Source: Candidatus Aminicenantes bacterium (GTDB lineage: Bacteria > Acidobacteriota > Aminicenantia > UBA2199). Taken from it: 48,501 bases of DNA. Positions within the stretch are counted from its first letter, which is position 1, and every line of letters starts with the position of its first letter. The stretch lies in assembly GCA_027318645.1 (NCBI GenBank), contig DAHVOV010000078.1, positions 1 through 48,501 on the forward strand. Reading direction: 5' to 3'. A program made the position numbers and the translations under genes. The notes beneath the pieces were generated by a model. The model worked only from the letters and a program-made list of their open reading frames with translations. It searched no databases and was not told where the DNA came from. Shown here piece by piece: positions 26,589 through 35,199 of this stretch.

Positions 26589-26747
26589 GAGCGCGGCAGG
26601 GCCGTTTCAAGGCCGGATCCGATTTCCCGTTCTTTTCTCCTCAAACGCGCGGCGCCGGCGTTCTTGTCCCGCACCTGGACGCGCCCGGAGCCAAGGGAGG
26701 CCCGGCCGGGCCTCTCCTCGGCGATCACGGCGGCCGGCCGCCGCGCT

Positions 26748-26776
26748 TTGCAATTCCGCTGCCGTTCAAATAAAAT
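26748..26776 (+). promoter_or_regulatory. Sigma70-type promoter TTGCAA-17-TAAAAT placed 6 nt before ATG 26783
   Basis: TTGCAA 26748-26753, 17-nt spacer, TAAAAT 26771-26776, then TGACGG and the ATG. Confidence 0.6.
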
Positions 26777-26782
26777 TGACGG

Positions 26783-27805
26783 ATGCCAAACACGCTCGCG
26801 CCGCCGACGCCCCGGAATTCTCGCTGCCTCGTCACCGGGGCCAGCGGCTTCATCAGCTCCCACCTGGCCGCGGCCCTGGCCGCGGCGGGGAACGAGGTCG
26901 CCTGCCTGGTGCGGCCCGGCAGCCGGCGCGATATTCTCTCCGCGCTGCCGGTGCGGCTGATCGAGGGCGACTGCCTCCGGCGCGAAACGCTTCGCGCCGC
27001 GGTGGGCGGAGCCGACCTCGTGTTCCACCTAGCCGGCGCCATCTCGGCCCCCGGCCGGGAAGCGTTTTTCGCGGTCAATGCCGGCGGCACGAGGAACCTG
27101 GTCGAGGCGTGCCTGGAGTGGAACCCTTCCCTGCGCCGCCTGGTCCACGTCTCCAGCATTTCCGCCGCCGGGCCGAGCCCGCGCGGAGGCAGCCGGAGCG
27201 AGGCCGATGAATGCCGCCCGGTCTCCGACTACGGCCGCAGCAAGCTGGAGGCCGAGCGGGCGGTGCGCGGCGCCGGCAGCGCCCTGCCCTGGGTGATCGT
27301 GCGCCCGCCCAACGTGCTGGGGCCGCGCCAGAAGGAGCTGGAAGGATCGATCGCCCTGCTGCGGCTGCACGTCCGGCCGCTGGTCGGCCGCCGGGCCTCG
27401 CGCACCAGCATCATCGGCGTCTGGGACCTGGTACGGGCCCTGCAGCTGGTCGCCGCCGACGAGCGCGCCGTCGGCCGCACCTTCTTCGTCACCGACGGCG
27501 TTCCCGTTTCCTGGCGCGACATCACCGCCGCCTTCGCCCGGGCGGCCGGCAGGCGGGGCGCCTATGTTCCCGTCCCCTTCCCGGTCCAGTATGCGGCGGC
27601 GGCCGTTGCCGAGCTCCTGGCCCGCTGGCGCCGGCGAACGCCGCCTTTCACCCGCGAGCACGTGACCGCCGCCCGCGCGTATGACTGGGTCTACGATGAT
27701 CGCGCGATCCGCAGCGAGCTCGGCTTCCGGAGCGAGATGGACCTGGACGGCGTGGCGGCACGGACGGTCGCCGCCCGCGGGCAGAGGGTGGGCGCCCATG
27801 GCTGA
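26783..27805 (+). CDS. Extended-SDR NAD(P)-dependent epimerase/dehydratase/reductase, paralogue 1 (340 aa)
   Basis: VTGASGFISSHL glycine-rich motif and YGRSK (YxxxK). Confidence 0.85.
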   Translation: MPNTLAPPTPRNSRCLVTGASGFISSHLAAALAAAGNEVACLVRPGSRRDILSALPVRLIEGDCLRRETLRAAVGGADLVFHLAGAISAPGREAFFAVNAGGTRNLVEACLEWNPSLRRLVHVSSISAAGPSPRGGSRSEADECRPVSDYGRSKLEAERAVRGAGSALPWVIVRPPNVLGPRQKELEGSIALLRLHVRPLVGRRASRTSIIGVWDLVRALQLVAADERAVGRTFFVTDGVPVSWRDITAAFARAAGRRGAYVPVPFPVQYAAAAVAELLARWRRRTPPFTREHVTAARAYDWVYDDRAIRSELGFRSEMDLDGVAARTVAARGQRVGAHG

Positions 27806-28754
27806 TCCGCGGCCGGGACGGGACGGCGGGCGCTGGGCCGCGCCCTATGGCGCCAGGCTGACGCTGGCCGGGATCCCCCTGCAGGCGGTGGACGCGGTGG
27901 TGCTGGCGTCGGCGCTGTTCTTTGCCGGCCTGATCGTCGCGTTCTCCCCGCGCATCCAGGCCCCCTGGACGCTGCTCCTGCGCCTCTGCCTGTGGGGGCT
28001 GCTGTATGCCGCCTCGCTGGCCGTGCAGCGGCGGATCACGGCGCCGCCCTGGCGGGCGCTGCTGCGCATGGGCTCGGTGCAGGTGATGTTCGTCCAGATC
28101 TACCTGATCGTCCATCCCCTGCAGCTGATCTTCGTCCGCGACTGGGCGGACCCGGCCATCCTGCGCCTCGAGGACTCGCTGTTCGGGGTCCAGCCGACCC
28201 TCTGGCTGCAGCGCTTCGTCAGCCCCGGGCTGACCGAATGGATGATGTTCTGCTATGTCATCTACCTGGCCATCTACCCGGCGCTGGGGGCGTTGATCTA
28301 CCTGCGCCGGGGGGAAAAGCCGCTCGAGGACTACCTCTTCGTCCTCACCCTGGCCAACCTGATCTGCTTCCTCGGCTTCCTGGCCTGCCCGGTCGCCGGG
28401 CCGCTCAACTACATGCCCGAACGGTTCAGCGTGCCCCTGCGCGGATGGCTGTTCACCGCCGCCGGCGAGTATATCCGCCATCACGTCCATATGGTCGGCG
28501 GCAACCTGCCCAGCCCGCACTGCGCCATCGCCACCGTGATGTGGCTGATGGCCCGCCGCTATTGCCGCCCGGCCTTCTGGCTCCTGGCGCCGGTGATCCT
28601 CTGCCTCTACGTGTCCACGTTCTACGGCCGCTATCACTACGTGACCGATTCGCTCACCGGCATCGCCGCCGGGCTGCTGGTGCTGGGACTGGCCCCGGTC
28701 CTGCTGCGCCTCTGGAACCGGCTGGCCGGGCGCAGCGGGCGGAGGGCGGCATGA
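27798..28754 (+). CDS. PAP2-superfamily polytopic membrane protein lacking motif C1 (lipid phosphotransferase-like), 318 aa
   Basis: Multiple TM segments. PSPH (C2-like) and GRYHYVTDSLTG (C3-like HYxxD). ATG 27798 overlaps the preceding gene by 8 nt. Confidence 0.7.
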   Translation: MADPRPGRDGGRWAAPYGARLTLAGIPLQAVDAVVLASALFFAGLIVAFSPRIQAPWTLLLRLCLWGLLYAASLAVQRRITAPPWRALLRMGSVQVMFVQIYLIVHPLQLIFVRDWADPAILRLEDSLFGVQPTLWLQRFVSPGLTEWMMFCYVIYLAIYPALGALIYLRRGEKPLEDYLFVLTLANLICFLGFLACPVAGPLNYMPERFSVPLRGWLFTAAGEYIRHHVHMVGGNLPSPHCAIATVMWLMARRYCRPAFWLLAPVILCLYVSTFYGRYHYVTDSLTGIAAGLLVLGLAPVLLRLWNRLAGRSGRRAA

Positions 28755-29749
28755 GGGTTTTCATCACCGGCGCCAACGGCTACATCGGCTCGAGCCTGTG
28801 CCGCACCCTGCTGGCCGAGGGCTGGGAGGTCCACGGGCTGGTGCGGGCCACGTCCGACCTGCACAACCTGGAGGGTCTGCCCGTCCGGCTCCAGACCGGC
28901 GACCTGCGCGATCCCGCCTCCTTCGCCATCCCGGACGGGACCACCCACGTCATCCACCTGGCATCGATCGTCTCCGACACGGCCGACGACGCCACCTGCC
29001 GCGACAACATCTACCGGCTGGCGGTCAACCTGGCCGCCAAGCTGGACGCCCTGCCGCGGCCGCTGCAGCGCCTGCTGTACATCTCCACCGCCCTGGTGCT
29101 GGGGTACAACGGCGAGAACATCTCCGAGCAGCATCGCGGGGAATCGGCGATGTTCCTGCCCTATACGCGCTACAAGGCGAAGACGGAGGAATTCTTTCAG
29201 GAGCTGCGGCGGACGCGCGGGCTGCCCCTGGTCATCCTGCGGCCCGGCGACGTGTACGGCCCCTATGACCGGGTCTCCTGCGCCCAGCTCCTGAAGGGCT
29301 GCGAGCGCCGGCTGCCGCTGATCGTCGGCCGCGGCCATTGCCGTTTCGGCTTCTGCTACATCGACAACCTGTGCCAGGCCGTGCGGCTGGCTTTGACCCG
29401 GCCCGGGATCGAAGGCCGGGCGTATACCGTGACCAACGGCGTCCTCCCCACCTGGGGCGAGTTCTTCGCCGGGCTGCAGCGGCGCATGCATTACCGGCAG
29501 CGGCTGCGGCTCCCGGTTTGGGCGGGCTATGCCCTGGCCGGCGTGCTGCGCGGGGTGCAATGGCTGTTCCCGCGCTTCGTCCCGGAGGTCAACTACTACC
29601 GCATCCGGCGCATCACCACCGGGACCTCGTACGACATATCGCAGACGATCGCCGAGCTCGGCTATCGTCCCGACGACCGCATCGAGAGGCAGATCGACCA
29701 GATCGTGGCCTGGTACGAACGCGAGAAGGAAAATGGCTTCATCACCTGA
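28751..29749 (+). CDS. Extended-SDR NAD(P)-dependent epimerase/dehydratase/reductase, paralogue 2 (332 aa)
   Basis: ITGANGYIGSSL and YTRYK. ATGA overlap with the PAP2 gene stop. Confidence 0.85.
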   Translation: MRVFITGANGYIGSSLCRTLLAEGWEVHGLVRATSDLHNLEGLPVRLQTGDLRDPASFAIPDGTTHVIHLASIVSDTADDATCRDNIYRLAVNLAAKLDALPRPLQRLLYISTALVLGYNGENISEQHRGESAMFLPYTRYKAKTEEFFQELRRTRGLPLVILRPGDVYGPYDRVSCAQLLKGCERRLPLIVGRGHCRFGFCYIDNLCQAVRLALTRPGIEGRAYTVTNGVLPTWGEFFAGLQRRMHYRQRLRLPVWAGYALAGVLRGVQWLFPRFVPEVNYYRIRRITTGTSYDISQTIAELGYRPDDRIERQIDQIVAWYEREKENGFIT

Positions 29750-30443
29750 CGCCGCGCTGACCCGGGCGCTGCTCTACCCTTACCTGGCCCTCGCCTTCAC
29801 GCTGATGGTGACCGTGTTCCACCACCGCCGCCTGCGGCGCCGCTTCGACGAGCTGGGCGCGTTTCTGCTCTACTTCGCCCTGTTCTTCCTGCTCTTCATG
29901 GCGCTGCCCGTCGTCCTGGTCCTGCTTACCGCCGCCGACCCGGCGGCGTTCCTGCGCTCGCTGGGATTCACCTTCGGCCGCAGCGGCCGCGGCCTGGCCC
30001 TGGCGGCCGCCGCCGTGCCCCTGTGCCTGGCCGCCGCCTTCGCCGGGTCGCGCGATCCGGCCATGCGCGACCAGTACCCGTTCGCCAAGGCGGCCTGCCG
30101 GACCCCGGCCGTCTTCGCGGCCTACGAAGCCGCCTACCTGGTCCTGTACTACCTGCCCTGGGAATTCCTCTACCGCGGCATGCTCTTCCTGGCGCTGCTG
30201 CCGGCGCTGGGACTGGCGCCGGCGCTGGCGCTGCAGGCCATCATCTCGACGGTCCACCATTTCGGCCATCCCGACACGGAAATATGGGCCGCCCTCGGCG
30301 CCGGCTTCATCTTCGGCCTGGTGGCCTGGGCGACCGGTTCGTTCCTGTACACGGTCTTCATCCACGCCCTGGTCGGCATCGCCAACGACACGCTCCTGTG
30401 CCGGCGCTGGCACCGGCCGCGGGCGGCGCGCCGAGCGCCATGA
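29733..30443 (+). CDS. CPBP-family (CAAX-protease-like) intramembrane protein, 236 aa
   Basis: PWEFLYRG (EExxxR-like), TVHHFGH and FIHALVGIAND motifs within about 6 TM segments. 17-nt overlap with the preceding gene. Confidence 0.7.
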   Translation: MASSPDAALTRALLYPYLALAFTLMVTVFHHRRLRRRFDELGAFLLYFALFFLLFMALPVVLVLLTAADPAAFLRSLGFTFGRSGRGLALAAAAVPLCLAAAFAGSRDPAMRDQYPFAKAACRTPAVFAAYEAAYLVLYYLPWEFLYRGMLFLALLPALGLAPALALQAIISTVHHFGHPDTEIWAALGAGFIFGLVAWATGSFLYTVFIHALVGIANDTLLCRRWHRPRAARRAP

Positions 30444-31441
30444 AGATCCTGGTCACCGGGGCCACCGGCTTCGTCGGCGCGGTGCTGATCCCCGAGCTGG
30501 CGCGCGACCACGGCGCCGCGGCGCTGACCGCCCTGGTCATGCCCGGCGACCGCATCCCCTGCAGCTGGGCCGGCCTGGGCGTGCGCGTCCTGTACGCCGA
30601 CATCGCCGATGCCGCGGCCGTGAGGGCGGCCGTGGCCGGGCACAGCCACGTCATCCACATGGCCGGGCTGATCTCCTACTGGAAGCGGGACCGCCGCCTG
30701 CTCGACCGGGTCAATCGCGAGGGGGTGCGCTGCCTGGTCGACGCCTGCCTGGCCGAAAAAGTGGAGCGGCTGGTGCACGTCAGCTCGGTGGGGGCCATCG
30801 GCTTCCGCCGCGACGGGACCCTGGCCGACGAGCAAACGCCCTTCAACTGGCCCGACAGCCTGCCCTACATGACCTCCAAGCATGCCGGCCAGCAGGTGGT
30901 CGAAGCGGCGGTGCAGGCCGGCAGCCTGCCGGCCATCATACTCAATCCGGCCTCGATCATGGGACCCGGCGATCATGCGGCGCACACCCCGCACAACCGC
31001 CTGTACCGTTCGATCTGGCGCGGGCCGTTGTTCGGCTCGTTCAGCGGCGGCCTGGCGGTGGTCGACGTGCGCGACCTGACCTCCATCATCGGCAAGGCGC
31101 TGCATCAGGGCCGGATCGGGGAGAGCTACCTGGTGGTCGGCGCCAACCTGCCGTACGCCGAGGTGATCCGCCAGGTCAGCCGCTGCTGCGGGCGCAAGGC
31201 CTATCCTTTCCCGGTGCCGGCGCCGCTGATCGCCGCCGCCGGGGCGACGCTGGAGCTGGTCAGCCGCTTTTCCGGCAACCGGCCGCTGCTGACCGCGGCG
31301 TACGGCCGCCTCAGCGGCTGGCGCGCCTACTACGACAACAGCAAGAGCCGGCGCGCGTTCGGGCACGAGTACATCGCCGTGGAGCGCACCATCGCCGACG
31401 GCTGGGAGTATTACCGGCGGCATTTTATCGAAGCCAGCTGA
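30440..31441 (+). CDS. Extended-SDR NAD(P)-dependent epimerase/dehydratase/reductase, paralogue 3 (333 aa)
   Basis: VTGATGFVGAVL and YMTSK. ATGA overlap with the CPBP gene stop. Confidence 0.85.
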   Translation: MKILVTGATGFVGAVLIPELARDHGAAALTALVMPGDRIPCSWAGLGVRVLYADIADAAAVRAAVAGHSHVIHMAGLISYWKRDRRLLDRVNREGVRCLVDACLAEKVERLVHVSSVGAIGFRRDGTLADEQTPFNWPDSLPYMTSKHAGQQVVEAAVQAGSLPAIILNPASIMGPGDHAAHTPHNRLYRSIWRGPLFGSFSGGLAVVDVRDLTSIIGKALHQGRIGESYLVVGANLPYAEVIRQVSRCCGRKAYPFPVPAPLIAAAGATLELVSRFSGNRPLLTAAYGRLSGWRAYYDNSKSRRAFGHEYIAVERTIADGWEYYRRHFIEAS

Positions 31442-31469
31442 AGTTCGGACAGGGCTTTCCCCGCCTGCT

Positions 31470-31515
31470 CTTCCCTTATTCTTCCCTCTGTCTTCCCTCT
31501 GACTTCCCTGTGCCG
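31470..31515. repeat. Solo copy of the 11-nt phased CTTCCC array
   Basis: TTCCC at 31471, 31482, 31493 and 31504. CTTCCCTTATTCTTCCCTCTGTCTTCCCTCTGACTTCCCTGTGCCG is near-identical to 25409-25454, including the terminal CTTCCCTGTGCCG. Confidence 0.7.
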
Positions 31516-31525
31516 CTTTGGGCCG

Positions 31526-33373
31526 CTACCGCCCCCGATCCGCAGACAGGCACTTCTTTTCTCCGGTGTTTTCGTCGAGCAGGCAGATCTCCTTCTTGGC
31601 CAAGCGGGTGATGGCGACGACGGTTTCCCCGGCGTGGGTGACCGTGAAGCGGTCGTTGCCCTTGGCGACGGTGAGCGAGAACCTTTCCCCGCCGGCGGGG
31701 ATCAGGTAGCGGTCGAACTCCTCCTGCAGGCCGAGGCGGCCGGACAGGATGGCCTCGCCGATGACGCCGGCGGCGCCGGCGTAGAAGAGGGCGCCGCGGC
31801 CGCTGCCGCCGGGGTCCGACCACTCGAAGACGTTCATGTCGGCCAGGTTCTTGGCGACGATCTCCTCCAGGTACGCGTCGGCCTCCCTGCGAAAGCCATG
31901 CTGATACAGGGCGCTGACCAGCCGGCCGCCGATCCAGTCCCACTCGCCGCCGTTCTGGTAGCTCCAGGGGACACGCAGCAGCGGGTGGGCGAAAAAGCCC
32001 TCGGGATAGGGCGGCAGCAGGGTGAAGGAGACGGTGCGCAGGCCGAGCTCGCGCCGCCGCTTCTCCAGCACCTGCAGGAAGCGGGCGATCTCGTCCCGCG
32101 CCATCAGCCCGGCGCGCATGGCCTCGGCATTGCCGCCCACGGCCAGGATGCCTTTTTCCTGCCGGAACAGGTCTTCGCCGTTCGCGACGCGATGAACGAC
32201 GAAGTAGCCCTCGTCCGCCAGGTACAGCTGCCGCCGGCTCTCGGCCGCCACCGCCCCGGCGCGCTCTCGCCATTTCCCGGCCATGGCGCCGTCGCCCAGC
32301 CGCTCGGCCAGCCGCGACAGCTTCTGTGCCGCCTGGATGAACAGCGACTGCGCGTAGATGGAGAAGGTCCGTCGCGAGCGGTCGGAGAGCTTGACGGCGC
32401 GCTGGTCGGCGTATGACCGCTCCACGTCGCCCCAGTCGGCGGTGAGCCCGCTCCAGATCAGCCCGCGCCCCGGGTCGCGGCGCTCGCGCCACAGCCACTC
32501 CAGGGCCGCGTCCAGGCGGCGCAGCCGGCTCGTCCCGGCGACGCTGCCCCGCAGCCAGGCCGGGTCGTTGAGAGCCGCCTGCCAGGCGGCCAGCACCAGC
32601 GAGCTCTCCTGGTCGCTCTCCACCGTGTTCTTGTCGCAGCGGCCGACGCTGTCCACCCAGTCCTGCACTTCCCCGGCCGGCGTCTGGGCCAGGAAGAAGC
32701 GGTCGACGACCGCGCCCAGCTCGGCCGGGGGATGGAAGAAGCGGGCATAGGGCATCATGGTCGCGAAGTCGCGGATCCACAGCTGCGGGTAGTCGCTGCC
32801 GGCGGCGAAGCCGAAGAGCTTCCCGTCCCGCCGGATCTCGTTGTTGCGGAAGATCTGGCGCAACAGGTACTGCTCGCGGTCGATCCCGGCGCTGCCGCTC
32901 TCCCAGAAGGTCGGCAGCCAGGCGCGGCGGAACTCCGGCGCGACGAGCGGCCGCAGGTCCAGCTCGACGACGCCGGTCTGCCAGCCCTTGTCCCGGCCCC
33001 AGAAATCCCCCTCGCGCACCAGGTCCCATTCCAGGCGGTAGCGGCCGGGCTCCAGGCTGAAATAGACCGGGATCTCGAAGCGGGCCGTGGCGCCGGGGCG
33101 GACCGGCGCCGGCAAATCGAAGCGGCGATTGTCGAAGCGCACCATGCCGCCGTCCAGGCCGCGAACGTGGTACGAGAGGAAGAAGCGGTCGCCCGTGGCG
33201 ACGCGCGCGGCGGAGCGGTTGCGCACGACGACCTGCAGCAGGACCTTCTCGCCCTGGCGCGCCGCCAGCGTCCGCGGCGCGCAGTCGAGGCCGCTCCGCT
33301 CCGGGCGGGACGGCCGGCAGGAGGCCAGCAGGCCGAGGAGGGCCAGCAGCGCCGCCCCGCTGCGCCGCCTCAT
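31526..33373 (-). CDS. Lipoprotein with an (alpha/alpha)6-barrel glycoside-hydrolase-like domain (615 aa)
   Basis: Lipobox LLASC. The N-terminal Ig-like segment is followed by motifs reminiscent of debranching/GH63-type six-hairpin enzymes (DQESSLVLAAW, YQNGGEWDW). ATGA overlap with the rfbD stop. The family call is from memory only. Confidence 0.55.
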   Translation of the reverse strand: MRRRSGAALLALLGLLASCRPSRPERSGLDCAPRTLAARQGEKVLLQVVVRNRSAARVATGDRFFLSYHVRGLDGGMVRFDNRRFDLPAPVRPGATARFEIPVYFSLEPGRYRLEWDLVREGDFWGRDKGWQTGVVELDLRPLVAPEFRRAWLPTFWESGSAGIDREQYLLRQIFRNNEIRRDGKLFGFAAGSDYPQLWIRDFATMMPYARFFHPPAELGAVVDRFFLAQTPAGEVQDWVDSVGRCDKNTVESDQESSLVLAAWQAALNDPAWLRGSVAGTSRLRRLDAALEWLWRERRDPGRGLIWSGLTADWGDVERSYADQRAVKLSDRSRRTFSIYAQSLFIQAAQKLSRLAERLGDGAMAGKWRERAGAVAAESRRQLYLADEGYFVVHRVANGEDLFRQEKGILAVGGNAEAMRAGLMARDEIARFLQVLEKRRRELGLRTVSFTLLPPYPEGFFAHPLLRVPWSYQNGGEWDWIGGRLVSALYQHGFRREADAYLEEIVAKNLADMNVFEWSDPGGSGRGALFYAGAAGVIGEAILSGRLGLQEEFDRYLIPAGGERFSLTVAKGNDRFTVTHAGETVVAITRLAKKEICLLDENTGEKKCLSADRGR

Positions 33374-34266
33374 GGCCGGGAGCCCTCCAGCCGCGCCTTC
33401 TCGCGGAAGAACTCCTCCAGGTTGGCGCGCCAGGGCCGCATCGTGAAGCCCAGGGCCTCCTTCACCCGGCCGCTGTCCAGGAGCGCGCGCAGCGGCCGCG
33501 GCGCCCTGGCGCCGTAGGCGGCGGTCGTGACCGCCTCGATGGGGATCTCCCGCGCGATCGTGCCGGTGCGCAGCGCCAGCTCCTGGATGGCTCCGGCGAA
33601 CTGGCGCCAGGAGATCACGCCGGCGTCGCAGTAGTGGTACACCCCGAAGCGCTCGCCGCCGGAGGCGACCAGGCCGGCGACGTTCGCCGCCAGCCGGCCG
33701 GCATACGTCGGCGAGCCGAACTGGTCGTCGACCACCCTGGCCCTGTCCCGCTCGCGGAAGACGCGCAGCATGGCCAGGACGAAGTTCGCCCCATGGACGC
33801 CGTAGAGCCAGGAGACGCGGAAGAGAAAGAAGCGCTCGAGGCAGGCGGCCAGCCGTCGCTCGCCCTCCAGCTTGCTGCGGCCGTACACGGAGAGCGGCCG
33901 CGGCTCGTCCTCCTCGCGGTACGGCGCCGCCCGGTCGCCGGCGAAGACGTAGTCGGTCGAGAAATGGACCAGCTTCGCCCCCAGCCGCCCGGCCAGCCGC
34001 GCCAGGTTCTCCACCCCGGCGGCGTTGACGGCGAAGGCGGCCTCGGGCTCGTCCTCGGCGCGGTCGACCGCGGTGTAGGCGGCGCAGTTGACGATCCAGC
34101 CGATCCGCCGGCCGTCGGCGAAGCCCGCCAGGACGGCGGCGTCGCGGATGTCGACCTCCCGGTCGCTGGCCAGGACGGGGATGCCGCGCGCGGCGAACTC
34201 GCCCGCCAGCTGCCGGCCCAGCATGCCGGCGGCGCCGACCAGCCAGATGCCGGGGCGTTCGCTCAT
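33370..34266 (-). CDS. rfbD: dTDP-4-dehydrorhamnose reductase (298 aa)
   Basis: LVGAAGMLGRQL, STDYVFAG and YGRSKLEGE are typical of RmlD. Start at MSERPG (cat 34264-34266). Confidence 0.9.
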   Translation of the reverse strand: MSERPGIWLVGAAGMLGRQLAGEFAARGIPVLASDREVDIRDAAVLAGFADGRRIGWIVNCAAYTAVDRAEDEPEAAFAVNAAGVENLARLAGRLGAKLVHFSTDYVFAGDRAAPYREEDEPRPLSVYGRSKLEGERRLAACLERFFLFRVSWLYGVHGANFVLAMLRVFRERDRARVVDDQFGSPTYAGRLAANVAGLVASGGERFGVYHYCDAGVISWRQFAGAIQELALRTGTIAREIPIEAVTTAAYGARAPRPLRALLDSGRVKEALGFTMRPWRANLEEFFREKARLEGSRP

Positions 34267-34280
34267 GGCGCCGGCGCCGC

Positions 34281-35159
34281 TCAGGGGCGCTCGTCGGCCA
34301 CGCGCAGCAGGTAGTCGCCGTAGCCGCTCGAGCGCAGCGGCTCGGCCAGCCGCCGCAGCTGCTGGCGGTCGATCCAGCCGTTCTGGAAGGCGATCTCCTC
34401 CAGGCAGGCGATCTTCACGTCCTGGCGGTCCTCGATGGTCTTGATGAACAGGGTGGCGTTGACCAGCGACTCGTGGGTGCCGGTGTCGAGCCAGGCGAAG
34501 CCGCGCCCCAGCACGTGCACGCGCAGCGCCCCGCGCTCCATGTAGGCGCGGTTGACGTCGGTGATCTCCAGCTCGCCGCGCGCGGACGGCTTCAGGTCGC
34601 GGGCGACGGCCACCACGCCGGGATCGTAGAAGTACAGGCCGACCACGGCCAGGTTGGAGCGCGGCCGCGCCGGCTTCTCCTCGATGGAGAGCGCCCGGCC
34701 GTCCGCGCCGACCTCCACCACGCCGTAGCGCTCCGGGTCCTTGACGGCGTAGCCGAACACGGTCGCGGTCCCGGCGGCGGCGTCCGCGGCGGCGCGGCGC
34801 AGGATCTCGGTCAGGCCGTGGCCGTGGAACAGGTTGTCGCCCAGCACCAGGCACACCGGCTCGCCGGCGATGAACCCGGCGCCGACGCGGAAGGCGTCGG
34901 CCAGGCCGCGCGGCTCCTCCTGGACGGCGTAGGAGAAGCGCACGCCCAGCCGCTCGCCTTCGCCGAGCAGGGCGCGGAAGCGCGGCAGGTCGGCGGGGGT
35001 GGAGATGACCAGGATGTCGCGGATGCCGGCCAGCATCAGGGTGGAGAGCGGGTAGTAGACCATCGGCTTGTCGTAGACCGGCAGCAGCTGCTTGCACGTC
35101 ACCTGGGTGACGGGGTGGAGCCGGGTGCCGTGCCCCCCGGCCAGGACGATGCCCTTCAT
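34281..35159 (-). CDS. rfbA: Glucose-1-phosphate thymidylyltransferase (292 aa)
   Basis: [18 protein letters not shown]…[40 protein letters not shown]. Confidence 0.95.
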   Translation of the reverse strand: MKGIVLAGGHGTRLHPVTQVTCKQLLPVYDKPMVYYPLSTLMLAGIRDILVISTPADLPRFRALLGEGERLGVRFSYAVQEEPRGLADAFRVGAGFIAGEPVCLVLGDNLFHGHGLTEILRRAAADAAAGTATVFGYAVKDPERYGVVEVGADGRALSIEEKPARPRSNLAVVGLYFYDPGVVAVARDLKPSARGELEITDVNRAYMERGALRVHVLGRGFAWLDTGTHESLVNATLFIKTIEDRQDVKIACLEEIAFQNGWIDRQQLRRLAEPLRSSGYGDYLLRVADERP

Positions 35160-35199
35160 GGCGTGTGCCCTCCTTGCCCCCGGCCGGCGTCGGCGCGGC

